The notes beneath the pieces were generated by a model, which saw only the letters and a program-made list of their open reading frames with translations, had not been told where the DNA came from and did no database searches. A stretch of 64,000 bases of DNA from Bdellovibrionota bacterium (GTDB taxonomy: Bacteria; Bdellovibrionota_C; UBA2361; JBIKWN01): contig JBIKWN010000003.1 in the NCBI GenBank assembly GCA_044356295.1, positions 32,001 to 96,000 on the forward strand, written 5' to 3'. Position 1 is the first letter of the stretch. Each line of letters starts with the position of its first letter. Position numbers and translations under genes: made by a program. Shown here one piece after another: positions 22,156 to 31,274 of this stretch.

Positions 22156-23355
22156 ATGACGACCCATCAAGAGAAAGTTATTGCAGCACTAACTGAAGTT
22201 GATACTGACGCAGGTAAGCTTGCTTCAGAAGTGTACGGCAAATTTAATGGTAATAAAGCCGCATTCAGAATTGAAAACGCCGCAGGTGCTAAAAAGCTTG
22301 ATAAAGCAGTCAATCTTGCGCTTGATCTTGCAAAGAGAGGGCACTCCCTAAGTAGCGAGGAAATTGATGAACTTAAGGAAGGTTTCCAAGCCGCAAAAGA
22401 ATTTTTACAAAAAAGTGCCCCTGCCGCAGCCCCTACTGGCGAAAGTCCAGCTAATCCTCAAGGTGCAGCAGCAGCTGGTGCACCAAGTCCTGCAACCGCA
22501 CCTACGAACCCAACTGATCCTCAAAATAATCCACAAAATCCAACTACACCAACGCTTACTCCTCTTGAAGTTGCCGCTCAAGAGCTTGATAAAACTATCG
22601 CTGATAAAACTAATGAATGGGCAACTGAGGAAAATGCAGCAAAACGTGCTGAGTTAAAAACAAAGCTTGATGAGTTAAAAGCACATCGCAAAGATCTCCA
22701 AAAGCTGATTGACGAATCTAAACCTAAAGAAAAATCTGAAGGTATAGATAAACTTGAAGACACTGTTAAAGCACTTAACAGTGCTATCGCTGAGGCACAG
22801 AGTGCATGGATTGCTGAAAAAGATCTTGAAAAGCAAAAGCCTTTAAAAGCAAGGCTCGATGCACTTCAGGCTGAACTAAGAGAAGCAGAAACTAAACTTG
22901 CAGCAGCAAAACGAACAGACAATCAAGAAGAGACAGCTGAGCAACGTGCTACTAAAGCTGCAGAGCGTGAAGAGGAGCGTAAGAAAAAAGAAGAAGAGCG
23001 AAAAGCTGAACAAGCGCAAAGAGAAAAAGACCGAAAAGCTGAACAAGAAAAACGAGAAGCAGAACAACGAATACGAGAACAAGTTACATACAGAGAAAGT
23101 GAAGTTAGAAAACTATCTAATTTAATCTCAAGTAATCGAGATGTTCGTGACGCTGAGCGAGGGATACTACTTTCTCCAGTAAACAGAGTTAAAAGAGACT
23201 TAATGAGATCTGAAGCTACTAAATATGGAGTCCCTTTTGATAGCAAAGATTCTTGGGAGATTATCTTTAATAAAATAATAGATAAAAAAGTTAAGGATAG
23301 ATTCCCAGCACAAACTAAAGCAGATGAAACAGCCAAAGACCCGAATGAAGAGTGA
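22156..23355 (+). CDS. Hypothetical helical/coiled-coil protein with Pro/Asn-rich linker and charged E/K/R helix
   Basis: 399-aa ORF; internal two-copy Trp-containing helical repeat; no signal peptide. Confidence 0.8.
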   Translation: MTTHQEKVIAALTEVDTDAGKLASEVYGKFNGNKAAFRIENAAGAKKLDKAVNLALDLAKRGHSLSSEEIDELKEGFQAAKEFLQKSAPAAAPTGESPANPQGAAAAGAPSPATAPTNPTDPQNNPQNPTTPTLTPLEVAAQELDKTIADKTNEWATEENAAKRAELKTKLDELKAHRKDLQKLIDESKPKEKSEGIDKLEDTVKALNSAIAEAQSAWIAEKDLEKQKPLKARLDALQAELREAETKLAAAKRTDNQEETAEQRATKAAEREEERKKKEEERKAEQAQREKDRKAEQEKREAEQRIREQVTYRESEVRKLSNLISSNRDVRDAERGILLSPVNRVKRDLMRSEATKYGVPFDSKDSWEIIFNKIIDKKVKDRFPAQTKADETAKDPNEE

Positions 23356-23475
23356 ATCCATCTTCCATACTCAGCTTAACATGTTGATTTTACTATGATA
23401 ATTTAAATGAACCAAACTGATAATAAAGACAGATTAAATACTATGAAAACTAAACCTATACTTGGTGACAGCTAT

Positions 23476-24291
23476 ATGAAAAATCTTAAAAAATGTTTGA
23501 TGACTATTCTTGGCGCGACACTTTTGGTTACAAATATTTCGATTGCACAATCAAACTCATGTAAAGGACAAGTTTCAAGAGCCAATTCGCTTCTAAAGCG
23601 TGCTATTTCTTCACAGAATAGACTAGATAGCCAAGTTCAAAGGGATGAAAATCAGATTGTAAATTTTGAAGGTCAGAAAGAGATTACCCTTGCTGGTTTA
23701 AGAGCTACCGAAGAAGCTGCAAAAGCTGATAAAACTTTTTCTTCACTAAGTTGTGTAGTAACGGTTGCATTCAATGTAAAATTCGTAACTAGGCAAGTAC
23801 AACCACCCCTTGAAGTAGAAGGTGGGAAAAATAATATTCCACGATGCGCAATGTTAATCGCTAGACTAGAAATCATAGCCCAAAAAGCATCAGCAAAACG
23901 CCGTGCACGTGAAAAATCATTCAATTTAAGAATAGCAGTCGTCCAAAAAAGACTCGATAGAAACAGAGCAAAACTAGAAACTGCAACAAGTGAAACAGTA
24001 AGACTTCAAGCATCATTCGACCAAATCTCTGCAGCATGCGAAGCATCAACTGCTCTTTCACAGTGCAAAAAAGATGCAATCAAAACTTGCAACCAAGAAA
24101 AACGAAGCTGTGGACCCACAAGAAATTCATGCAAAGCTGATACGAATCAATCATGTCGTGGAAGCTTTACCATCGGATCTGCTGACTATAGAAACTGCTT
24201 AACATCAGGATACAACAGCTGCAAAGATTCATATAACGCATGTTTCAACGTAGATTGCCAAGCACGTGCAAATACAACGTGTGGAGGGTAA
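23476..24291 (+). CDS. Secreted coiled-coil protein with Cys-rich C-terminus
   Basis: Signal peptide MKNLKKCLMTILGATLLVTNISIA from ATG 23476 (ORF open from 23407); about 11 Cys in the last ~85 aa. Confidence 0.75.
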   Translation: MKNLKKCLMTILGATLLVTNISIAQSNSCKGQVSRANSLLKRAISSQNRLDSQVQRDENQIVNFEGQKEITLAGLRATEEAAKADKTFSSLSCVVTVAFNVKFVTRQVQPPLEVEGGKNNIPRCAMLIARLEIIAQKASAKRRAREKSFNLRIAVVQKRLDRNRAKLETATSETVRLQASFDQISAACEASTALSQCKKDAIKTCNQEKRSCGPTRNSCKADTNQSCRGSFTIGSADYRNCLTSGYNSCKDSYNACFNVDCQARANTTCGG

Positions 24292-24300
24292 TATAGCCAA

Positions 24301-24942
24301 GTGACCCAGGCTATTATTATCGCAGGCGGGGCTATAAGCCCCGTTTTCATTTCAACCATCAAAGAATCGAATACCGATTTTATCATCGCTTGCGATCAAG
24401 GTGCTGAATACCTAGAACAAGCTGGCATTCAACCAAACCTTCTTGTTGGAGACCTTGATTCTATAAGCGAACAGACCCTTTCAAAACTGCGCCTCGCTGA
24501 AATCCCAATTGAACAGCATTCAGTAAATAAAGAATCATCTGACCTTGAGCTAGCAATCGACGCAGCGATAAAGCGAGGCTTTGAAAAGATTAAGATCTCT
24601 TGTGCCCTTGGCAATAGAACTGATTACACACTCGCAAATACCAACCTACTACTGAGACAAAAATATAAAGAGCTTGAAATTTCAATTAACGAAGATAACG
24701 AACAGATCATTCCTCTTCATAATGATATTGAGCAAGTAATATCAAAACCACCCTCAAAAAGGTTTTCAATAATTTTAAACGGCGAAGGGTACGTTTCGAT
24801 TGAGGGTGCAAAATGGAATCTTGATAATGAATATATTGTTCAAGGATCAAGCCGATTAGTTTCAAATCTTGTAGAAAAAGATTCGGTCTCTATTTTACTC
24901 AAAAAAACATCTGGTCTAGTCGTTTTCAGCAATTACTCTTAG
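24301..24942 (+). CDS. thiN: Thiamine diphosphokinase
   Basis: IIACDQGA, VGDLDS, KESSDLELA, ALGNRTDY, GAKWNL, VSN. Confidence 0.9.
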   Translation: MTQAIIIAGGAISPVFISTIKESNTDFIIACDQGAEYLEQAGIQPNLLVGDLDSISEQTLSKLRLAEIPIEQHSVNKESSDLELAIDAAIKRGFEKIKISCALGNRTDYTLANTNLLLRQKYKELEISINEDNEQIIPLHNDIEQVISKPPSKRFSIILNGEGYVSIEGAKWNLDNEYIVQGSSRLVSNLVEKDSVSILLKKTSGLVVFSNYS

Positions 24943-25742
24943 CTTTGATAAGCTCGTGCACCAATTCGGTGAATAACGCCCTCACCTTCGGTTTCTTCAG
25001 GCGAAATATGCCAAAGCCATGTTGAGCTATCTTTTAATTTTGACTCCAAGGGCTCTAAAAGCTCTTCTATAGTAGCAAGAGAGATATCCCACTCGGATTC
25101 ATCCCCAGTATAAAAGTAGAACTCACGATCAAAGAAAAATATTGAAGTTACTCGTGCTAATTCAATAACTCGGTCGATATGCTGCTTTTGAAGTTCATAT
25201 GAAAGCTCTAAAAGCTCATTATCTGTTGGATTATCTTGAAATTCTTCTGCTCGAGTAAAGAAATAAAGGGGAAGTTGTCCGAGTAAATTCAAAGACAGTA
25301 CAACATCATGTCTTTTACAATTTGCAATCGGGCAAGGATCCGGAGGAAGCTCATGGTGCATTGTGTAATAATCAATTGCACCTGTTACATCTTGTAATAC
25401 AGTTCGTACCGTAAAATCTTTTTTATATTTCTTAGAGATATTAAGAAGCTTCCATTTTGAAATAAAAAGCGACAACGGATCCGCGTCAACTAAAGTAATC
25501 TCAGAGCAAGCTGGAATCTCTTCCGCCGGAAAATCATAAAGCCTGCCACTTCCTAAAATTAAAAATGAAGAAGCATGTTGCGGCACATTACTCACAATAA
25601 ATTTTTTAGTAAGTGTAAAATGTTTATCCCAAAAATCTTTATTCCTCTCATACCGAGCTTTAATCCCAAGCCCCATTCGAATAAAATCTTTCCTCTTTGG
25701 ATAGAAAAATGAAAAGAGTAAAAAAAGAAACGAATCAATCAC
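24939..25742 (-). CDS. Hypothetical protein with SAM-methyltransferase-like Rossmann motifs
   Basis: LILGSGRLYD, TLVDAD, QDVTG, VLSLNLLGQL. Confidence 0.6.
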   Translation of the reverse strand: MIDSFLFLLFSFFYPKRKDFIRMGLGIKARYERNKDFWDKHFTLTKKFIVSNVPQHASSFLILGSGRLYDFPAEEIPACSEITLVDADPLSLFISKWKLLNISKKYKKDFTVRTVLQDVTGAIDYYTMHHELPPDPCPIANCKRHDVVLSLNLLGQLPLYFFTRAEEFQDNPTDNELLELSYELQKQHIDRVIELARVTSIFFFDREFYFYTGDESEWDISLATIEELLEPLESKLKDSSTWLWHISPEETEGEGVIHRIGARAYQS

Positions 25743-25751
25743 AGTAATTAC

Positions 25752-26906
25752 TTACGGAATACTTAATTTACCTAATATACTTTCAGAAGTTGCCCCAGTA
25801 ATACCGGATAAATTAAGGGCATAACTATGTATAAAAAGATAAGCCAAAAACGCAAAAGCCATTGCTTCTCTGGCAGAATCAGGAACACCAACCTCACTAA
25901 AGTTTTTAACTTTTACATGAGGCAATGCCTCTTGAAGCCATTTCATAATAGTTAAATTCTTAGCTCCACCGCCTGCAACTAAAAGCTCATCTATTGTTAC
26001 CGGGACAAAGTCTTTAATAGCTCTCGCTATACTCTCTGTTACAAAGCGTGTTGTTGTTGCGATAAGATTCTCATCAATTTTTCCGTGAAGCGTTTTTAGT
26101 TTTTCCACGAAATCATCACCATAATTTTCAAACCCAGCAGATTTTGGTGGTTTTTTATTTAGGAATGCATCGTCTTTAAGCAATTTTTCAAGTAGTTCTT
26201 TATCAACTTTAGACCTGGCAGCAATCTTTCCGTCAGTATCAAAGGGTTCCTTATTTTTTGTAAAAATCCTTACAAGCCTATCAAGTGGTGCATTTGCAGG
26301 TCCGGTATCAAAACCTTGCGTTGCAACAAGTGAATCACCAAAAATTGTTATATTAGCTATCCCACCCAAGTTAAGAATTGCTCGTTTTGTATCCTTCGAG
26401 CGAAAAAGAAAAAAATCAGTCGCCGGTGTCAACGGGGCTCCTTCTCCGCCGCAGATAATATCTTTTGCTCTAAAATCATGAATACAGGGACGATTGGTAA
26501 GATGACTTATAACATCACCACATCCAAGTTGTAGTGTTGTTTTTAAAGGGGTCGTCCCACTGTGATGATAAACCGTTTGCCCGTGCGAACCTGAGATATC
26601 AAAAGTGATGCCGCTGTCTTTTTCAGCTTTTAAGAGTGCTTCGGCAAAAGCTTTTCCTATTTCAAAATTTATTTGTGAAACATCTTCAATTGATAACGTT
26701 TTTACCGAACGAATTTTTTTCTGTAGAGCGTCACTGTATTGATAGGTATTAGAAAATACACATTGAGTCGCCAAAAGCTCTTCAGGTGGGCCCGAAAACT
26801 TACAAAGAGCGATATCGATTCCATCGGCACTGGTACCCGAAATTGCCCCTGCTACAACAAGAGATTTACGATTCTGAAGGTTTGAGAGCTTTTTTGTCCA
26901 ATTCAT
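25752..26906 (-). CDS. anmK: Anhydro-N-acetylmuramic acid kinase
   Basis: GAISGTSADGID, GSHGQT, GGEGAPL, LNLGGIAN, FDTGPAN, GGGAKN, EAMAFA. Confidence 0.95.
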   Translation of the reverse strand: MNWTKKLSNLQNRKSLVVAGAISGTSADGIDIALCKFSGPPEELLATQCVFSNTYQYSDALQKKIRSVKTLSIEDVSQINFEIGKAFAEALLKAEKDSGITFDISGSHGQTVYHHSGTTPLKTTLQLGCGDVISHLTNRPCIHDFRAKDIICGGEGAPLTPATDFFLFRSKDTKRAILNLGGIANITIFGDSLVATQGFDTGPANAPLDRLVRIFTKNKEPFDTDGKIAARSKVDKELLEKLLKDDAFLNKKPPKSAGFENYGDDFVEKLKTLHGKIDENLIATTTRFVTESIARAIKDFVPVTIDELLVAGGGAKNLTIMKWLQEALPHVKVKNFSEVGVPDSAREAMAFAFLAYLFIHSYALNLSGITGATSESILGKLSIP

Positions 26907-26961
26907 GTAGCGCCTATTATGGAAGGAGCTCAAAAAGTGCGCTACCCTTGATGCGCTTCTT

Positions 26962-27651
26962 ATGAGAGATATTTACAGTTTTAAATGGATTAATGAATAC
27001 GTCCACTTGGCAAAGACCCTTCCTGAGCGGATCTTTTCTTGCCAAGGCAACTATCCCACCAAAGAAGAAGTTGAAAACCTTCAACAGATCTTTTCAGGGA
27101 AACCTCTTATCATAGAAATTGGTTCAGGCTCGGGGCAACACCTGCTTGAACATGCAAAACGAAATCCTTCAATATTTTTCATCGGAATTGAAGTTAGATT
27201 TAAAAGAAGTTTTAAACTTGCCGAGAAAGCAACAAAGAGAGGAATTGATAATCTATTTGTCATTCGAGGGGAGGCAAATTTAGTTTCACAAGTTTTTAGT
27301 GAAAATTCTTTGCATGGTATTTATATTAACTTTCCCGACCCTTGGGCTCGACCAAAGTGGAGGAAAAACAGACTGACCGCTCCTTCGTATCTTGATCAAT
27401 ACGAAAAACTTCTTGTTGATAATGGATTTTTAAAATTAAAAACAGACCACGAAGAATTCTTTGAGAGTACTCTGAAACTACTCGCGGCTCATCCTGATTA
27501 TATAGTTCAAAGATCAGAGCGAGACCTATACCAAACAGACTTAAAAGACCACAACATTCCTACCGAGTTCGAACAGTTATTCACTAGTAAAAAGCAGCCA
27601 ATTTATTTTATTGAAGCAATTCGCAGGGTTCGTTCGACTGTACAAAATTGA
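26962..27651 (+). CDS. trmB: tRNA (guanine-N7)-methyltransferase
   Basis: IEIGSGSG, GIE, NFPDPW, LKTD, TEFE. Confidence 0.93.
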   Translation: MRDIYSFKWINEYVHLAKTLPERIFSCQGNYPTKEEVENLQQIFSGKPLIIEIGSGSGQHLLEHAKRNPSIFFIGIEVRFKRSFKLAEKATKRGIDNLFVIRGEANLVSQVFSENSLHGIYINFPDPWARPKWRKNRLTAPSYLDQYEKLLVDNGFLKLKTDHEEFFESTLKLLAAHPDYIVQRSERDLYQTDLKDHNIPTEFEQLFTSKKQPIYFIEAIRRVRSTVQN

Positions 27652-27859
27652 ACAGCATTTTTTATATTTTTTTAGTGATCTCGAGTACGACCCAGTGCTA
27701 ATTTGATTAAAGCTCCCTTAAACGTTGTAACAAGATTGTAAAGATTGAGGGCAGGGGCTAATCAGTGCACTACGATTTTGATACCCTACTCATCAGATAA
27801 GAAGTTACCCGATTGAACTGGGTGTGGTTTTAATAAAGTTAATTTGTATAAGGGGCATT

Positions 27860-28051
27860 ATGTCAAAGCAGTGGGATAAAGAGATGGAAAAAATAGACAC
27901 CACAATTGGAGATCTTGTAGAAGCAATTACTCAGATAGCGCTTGAATCAGGAAAGAGCGAAGAAGAAGGTTATGAACTAGCCGCTATTGCTATCGAATCA
28001 ATTTTAAGAAGAAGCCTCAAACACGACCCAATCAACGAAGTGTTAAACTAA
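27860..28051 (+). CDS. Small hypothetical protein (63 aa)
   Basis: ATG 27860 with SD AAGGGG; DTTIGDLVEAI helical motif; followed by a terminator. Confidence 0.7.
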   Translation: MSKQWDKEMEKIDTTIGDLVEAITQIALESGKSEEEGYELAAIAIESILRRSLKHDPINEVLN

Positions 28052-28064
28052 TCGATTGTTGCTT

Positions 28065-28114
28065 AAAGACCAGGGCGGTAGACTATTCTCCATCTACTAC
28101 CTTGGTCTTTTTTT
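28065..28114 (+). terminator. Rho-independent terminator
   Basis: AAAGACCAGGGCGGTAGA...TCTACTACCTTGGTCTTT plus T-tract. Confidence 0.7.
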
Positions 28115-28119
28115 ATTGT

Positions 28120-28887
28120 ATGAATACACACTCTGCAGTTTCGATTTCACACCTCCAAAAAAGTTACGGCTCTTTTAAAGCTGTACAAGATATATCTCTC
28201 GAAATAAAACCAGGTGAAGTCTTCGGAGTCCTTGGTGTTAACGGTGCGGGCAAAACTACAACACTTCGAATGCTTGCCGGTATTCTAACCCCTACTGCAG
28301 GCGATATTTCTATTTTTGGAATTAATTTAAAAGATAATCCAATCGAAGCAAAAAGAATCTGTGGTTATATACCTGACAGACCGTATCTTTATAATAAATT
28401 AACTGGTCGAGAATTTTTATACTTTGTCTCTGATCTGTATCAAGTACCTGTTAAAAAAGCCGAAGAAAATATAACTCGCCTTCTTTCAGAATATAAACTT
28501 ACCGAATGGCAGTTTGAATTAATTGAAAGTTTTTCACATGGCATGAAACAGCGTCTTGCAACCTGTGCGGCCCTGATTCATGAACCTAAGCTTCTTATTG
28601 TCGATGAGCCAATGGTAGGACTAGATCCCCACGGTGCAAAATTTCTAAAAGCTGCTTTTCGCAGATATGCTTCTGAAGGCATGACGGTTCTTCTTTCAAC
28701 ACACTCGTTAAACGTCGCCGAAGAAGTTGCAGACAGATTAGTGATAATCGATAGAGGAAACATTATTGCGATGGGAACCCTTGCTGAAATTAGAGCACAA
28801 ACCAGCAGTAATCCTTTAAGCGAAGAATCCTTAGAAAATCTGTTCTTAAGACTTACTGGCGAAGACGAGCAAATAAGCGCTGCGTAA
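28120..28887 (+). CDS. ABC-2 type transporter ATP-binding protein
   Basis: GVNGAGKTT, FSHGMKQR, IVDEP, STH. Confidence 0.93.
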   Translation: MNTHSAVSISHLQKSYGSFKAVQDISLEIKPGEVFGVLGVNGAGKTTTLRMLAGILTPTAGDISIFGINLKDNPIEAKRICGYIPDRPYLYNKLTGREFLYFVSDLYQVPVKKAEENITRLLSEYKLTEWQFELIESFSHGMKQRLATCAALIHEPKLLIVDEPMVGLDPHGAKFLKAAFRRYASEGMTVLLSTHSLNVAEEVADRLVIIDRGNIIAMGTLAEIRAQTSSNPLSEESLENLFLRLTGEDEQISAA

Positions 28888-30530
28888 TGCTTATTCGAAC
28901 GGCTTTTACACTTATTACCCCAAAAATTCTGACTGTTAAGAATAGCATTTTTAAAAATGGCTCACTCGCTCAACAGTGCTTGATTATTTTTGGCACTCTA
29001 TTAGTTTTAGCGTGGCTTCCAACTGCTATTTATTTCTCGGTTAGGGATTCTTTAAATACATTTTCTGGTGGCGCCAATCCTATCGGATTTCTTGAACTGA
29101 TTGTTACTACTTTTGTTTCAATACTGGCAATCGCTGCGTGTATACATGCACTTCAGATTTTTTTTGTTTCTCGTGAAAATGAATTATTTCTATTAGCTCC
29201 ACTATCAAAAGCTGAATTCTTTTTAGGACGGTATATTGAAAACTGTTTTGCAGCTTCATGGATTCTTTTTCTACTTTTTATGCCTATGTTGTACGGGTAT
29301 GCGACTCATATAAAAGCTGATTGGAATTTTTACATACTCGCGACATTTTATTTTATTCTTTTAGCTTTGATTGAATCTGCACTTTCAATTGCTGTCGTTA
29401 TCATTCTTGCAAAAATTTACCCCGCTCGAAGACTGAAAGAACTTTTTATTATTATAGCTCTCGTTTTTATTATCTTTCTTCATTTTTATTCAAAAAGTAC
29501 TGAGTTTGTATTTCCCAAAATACATAACGGAAACGTTGAACAATTCGAGGAAACTCTTAAACATTGGCATCAGCAAATATCACTACGCTCGAAACAGCTT
29601 TTCTCGCTCCCTCTTTTGGAACTAGAAAAAAATAATACTTCAAATACTATCTCGTTATTTTGCGCACTGAGTGCTTTATTGGGGCTCAGTTTTGCAGCAA
29701 GTTTTCGTGTATTTACCGATTTCTACGAGCTCTCAAGCTCTCTTGAAAGATGGCAACAAACTAAAAAACCAAAGAAAAGATTCTGGCTTCAAAAGCCTCG
29801 GTCTTTATTTCTTGGGTTTTTTCAGAAAGATATTCATCTTTTTTTGCGAGATCTGGCTCAGCCTGTTCAATTAATACTTTTTATTGCCATTGCTGGCGTA
29901 ACACTGCTTTCATTTCGTCAAAGTACACTACTAAAAGGTGCACTTGGGGGTGATGAACTTATTTTTTACGATATTATTTTTGCAGTAGGAATTCTGAGCC
30001 ATGTGCTTTTAACAGTTCTTTTTGCAGGAAGATTTATTTTTCCGGCACTTGCATTCGAAGAAGAATCTCGTTGGCTCATTCAAGGGGCTCCTCTAACAGG
30101 AATGCAATTTGTTAAAGCTAAATATCAAAGTCAAAGTATCTTAACACTCGTTGTTTTAGTACCACTCTATATAGTTATTGCATTTCTTTCAGACCTGACC
30201 ATTGAAAGAATCCTTACAGGGACAATGTTAAGTATTTTGAGCATCCTCGGAATTGATGCTATTGCAGTCGGCAGTGGTGGACTTTTAGCAAGGATTTTTC
30301 ATAATAATCTTGCAAATATGACAAGTACACTTGGAAGTTTTGTCTTTATGACGGTAAGTCTTTTGGTGATACCGCTCTGTCTTGTCTTTTCAATAAGTCT
30401 TGCTTCATTCTATTCACTACTACTGTCTGAATCACTCTCTTTTAATGGGCTAGTTTGTTGCATCGTGTACGCAACCTTGATTCGACTTGTTGGCGGCTTC
30501 TTTTTAAGGAAAGCAGCACGTTTATGGTAG
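28887..30530 (+). CDS. ABC-2 type transporter permease (about 12 TM)
   Basis: Hydrophobic 547-aa ORF, TAATG-coupled to the ATPase; duplicated LLAPLS / IQGAPLT..VKAK motifs. Confidence 0.8.
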   Translation: MLIRTAFTLITPKILTVKNSIFKNGSLAQQCLIIFGTLLVLAWLPTAIYFSVRDSLNTFSGGANPIGFLELIVTTFVSILAIAACIHALQIFFVSRENELFLLAPLSKAEFFLGRYIENCFAASWILFLLFMPMLYGYATHIKADWNFYILATFYFILLALIESALSIAVVIILAKIYPARRLKELFIIIALVFIIFLHFYSKSTEFVFPKIHNGNVEQFEETLKHWHQQISLRSKQLFSLPLLELEKNNTSNTISLFCALSALLGLSFAASFRVFTDFYELSSSLERWQQTKKPKKRFWLQKPRSLFLGFFQKDIHLFLRDLAQPVQLILFIAIAGVTLLSFRQSTLLKGALGGDELIFYDIIFAVGILSHVLLTVLFAGRFIFPALAFEEESRWLIQGAPLTGMQFVKAKYQSQSILTLVVLVPLYIVIAFLSDLTIERILTGTMLSILSILGIDAIAVGSGGLLARIFHNNLANMTSTLGSFVFMTVSLLVIPLCLVFSISLASFYSLLLSESLSFNGLVCCIVYATLIRLVGGFFLRKAARLW

Positions 30531-31274
30531 GAAAAATTGCTCTACGGTAAATGTTGGCTGTAACTTTCTTTGTTGAATCGTCAGATCTACAGTCGAAGTA
30601 AACCTTGGTATTTCTAGATGGATTCGTTTAGGAAGTTTTGACTCATCGTATTCTGTAAACTGAGCACTAAGTCGTACGGAAGAATCCTCAAGGAATATCA
30701 TATTTTCTAATAGCTGGCTGGCAAGATTTACTTCAGCAAACAATACGGGATCTTCTTCTGTCAAAGAGCGATAAGCGTAAATTCGTATTTTGTCTTGTAA
30801 TAAATAAAACTGATAAAAAAGTGCTTCGCGAGGTAATACGCCAAATAAAACTGAGCTCAGTTCCTCTTGACTCAGCGAGAGTCCAAACAGATCTTCTAGT
30901 GTCGATGATGATAAGGGTTTAGATTCCTGCGAAGTGTTTGCTGAGTCAGTAAACAAATATTTTTCACCATCAGTAACAAATAAAGCTAATGTGAAAAAAC
31001 TTGTTGTGGGAAATACCTCAACTCGAAATTTCTTATTATCTCTAAGGATTGCATAGCGAAGCGTTTGCTTCTCGGCATCCGCCTGAATCGTAGCATGAAC
31101 AAGTGTTTTATAAGATTGATTCTCTTTTTGAAAAAGATTTGGCATAAGCTTTTCTGCATCGGCTTCAGAAAGAGGCGCGCCATCTGGCTTAGGTACTTTA
31201 AAAGAAGATACTGCACATCCTGATAAAAATAAAAGAACGATACAAATCGTTACTTTCAAATAATTTTTAATCAT
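30522..31274 (-). CDS. Lipoprotein, LolB-like
   Basis: Lipobox LSGC; beta-rich; LPKRIHL near the C-terminus; follows a TPR gene as in the common TPR-lolB order. Confidence 0.55.
   Translation of the reverse strand: MIKNYLKVTICIVLLFLSGCAVSSFKVPKPDGAPLSEADAEKLMPNLFQKENQSYKTLVHATIQADAEKQTLRYAILRDNKKFRVEVFPTTSFFTLALFVTDGEKYLFTDSANTSQESKPLSSSTLEDLFGLSLSQEELSSVLFGVLPREALFYQFYLLQDKIRIYAYRSLTEEDPVLFAEVNLASQLLENMIFLEDSSVRLSAQFTEYDESKLPKRIHLEIPRFTSTVDLTIQQRKLQPTFTVEQFFLP

Noticed and set aside
22940..23075. Short GAA/AAAGCTGAACAAG repeats suggesting an array
   Set aside because: They are codon-level repeats of an E/K/R-rich helix, not a CRISPR or non-coding array.
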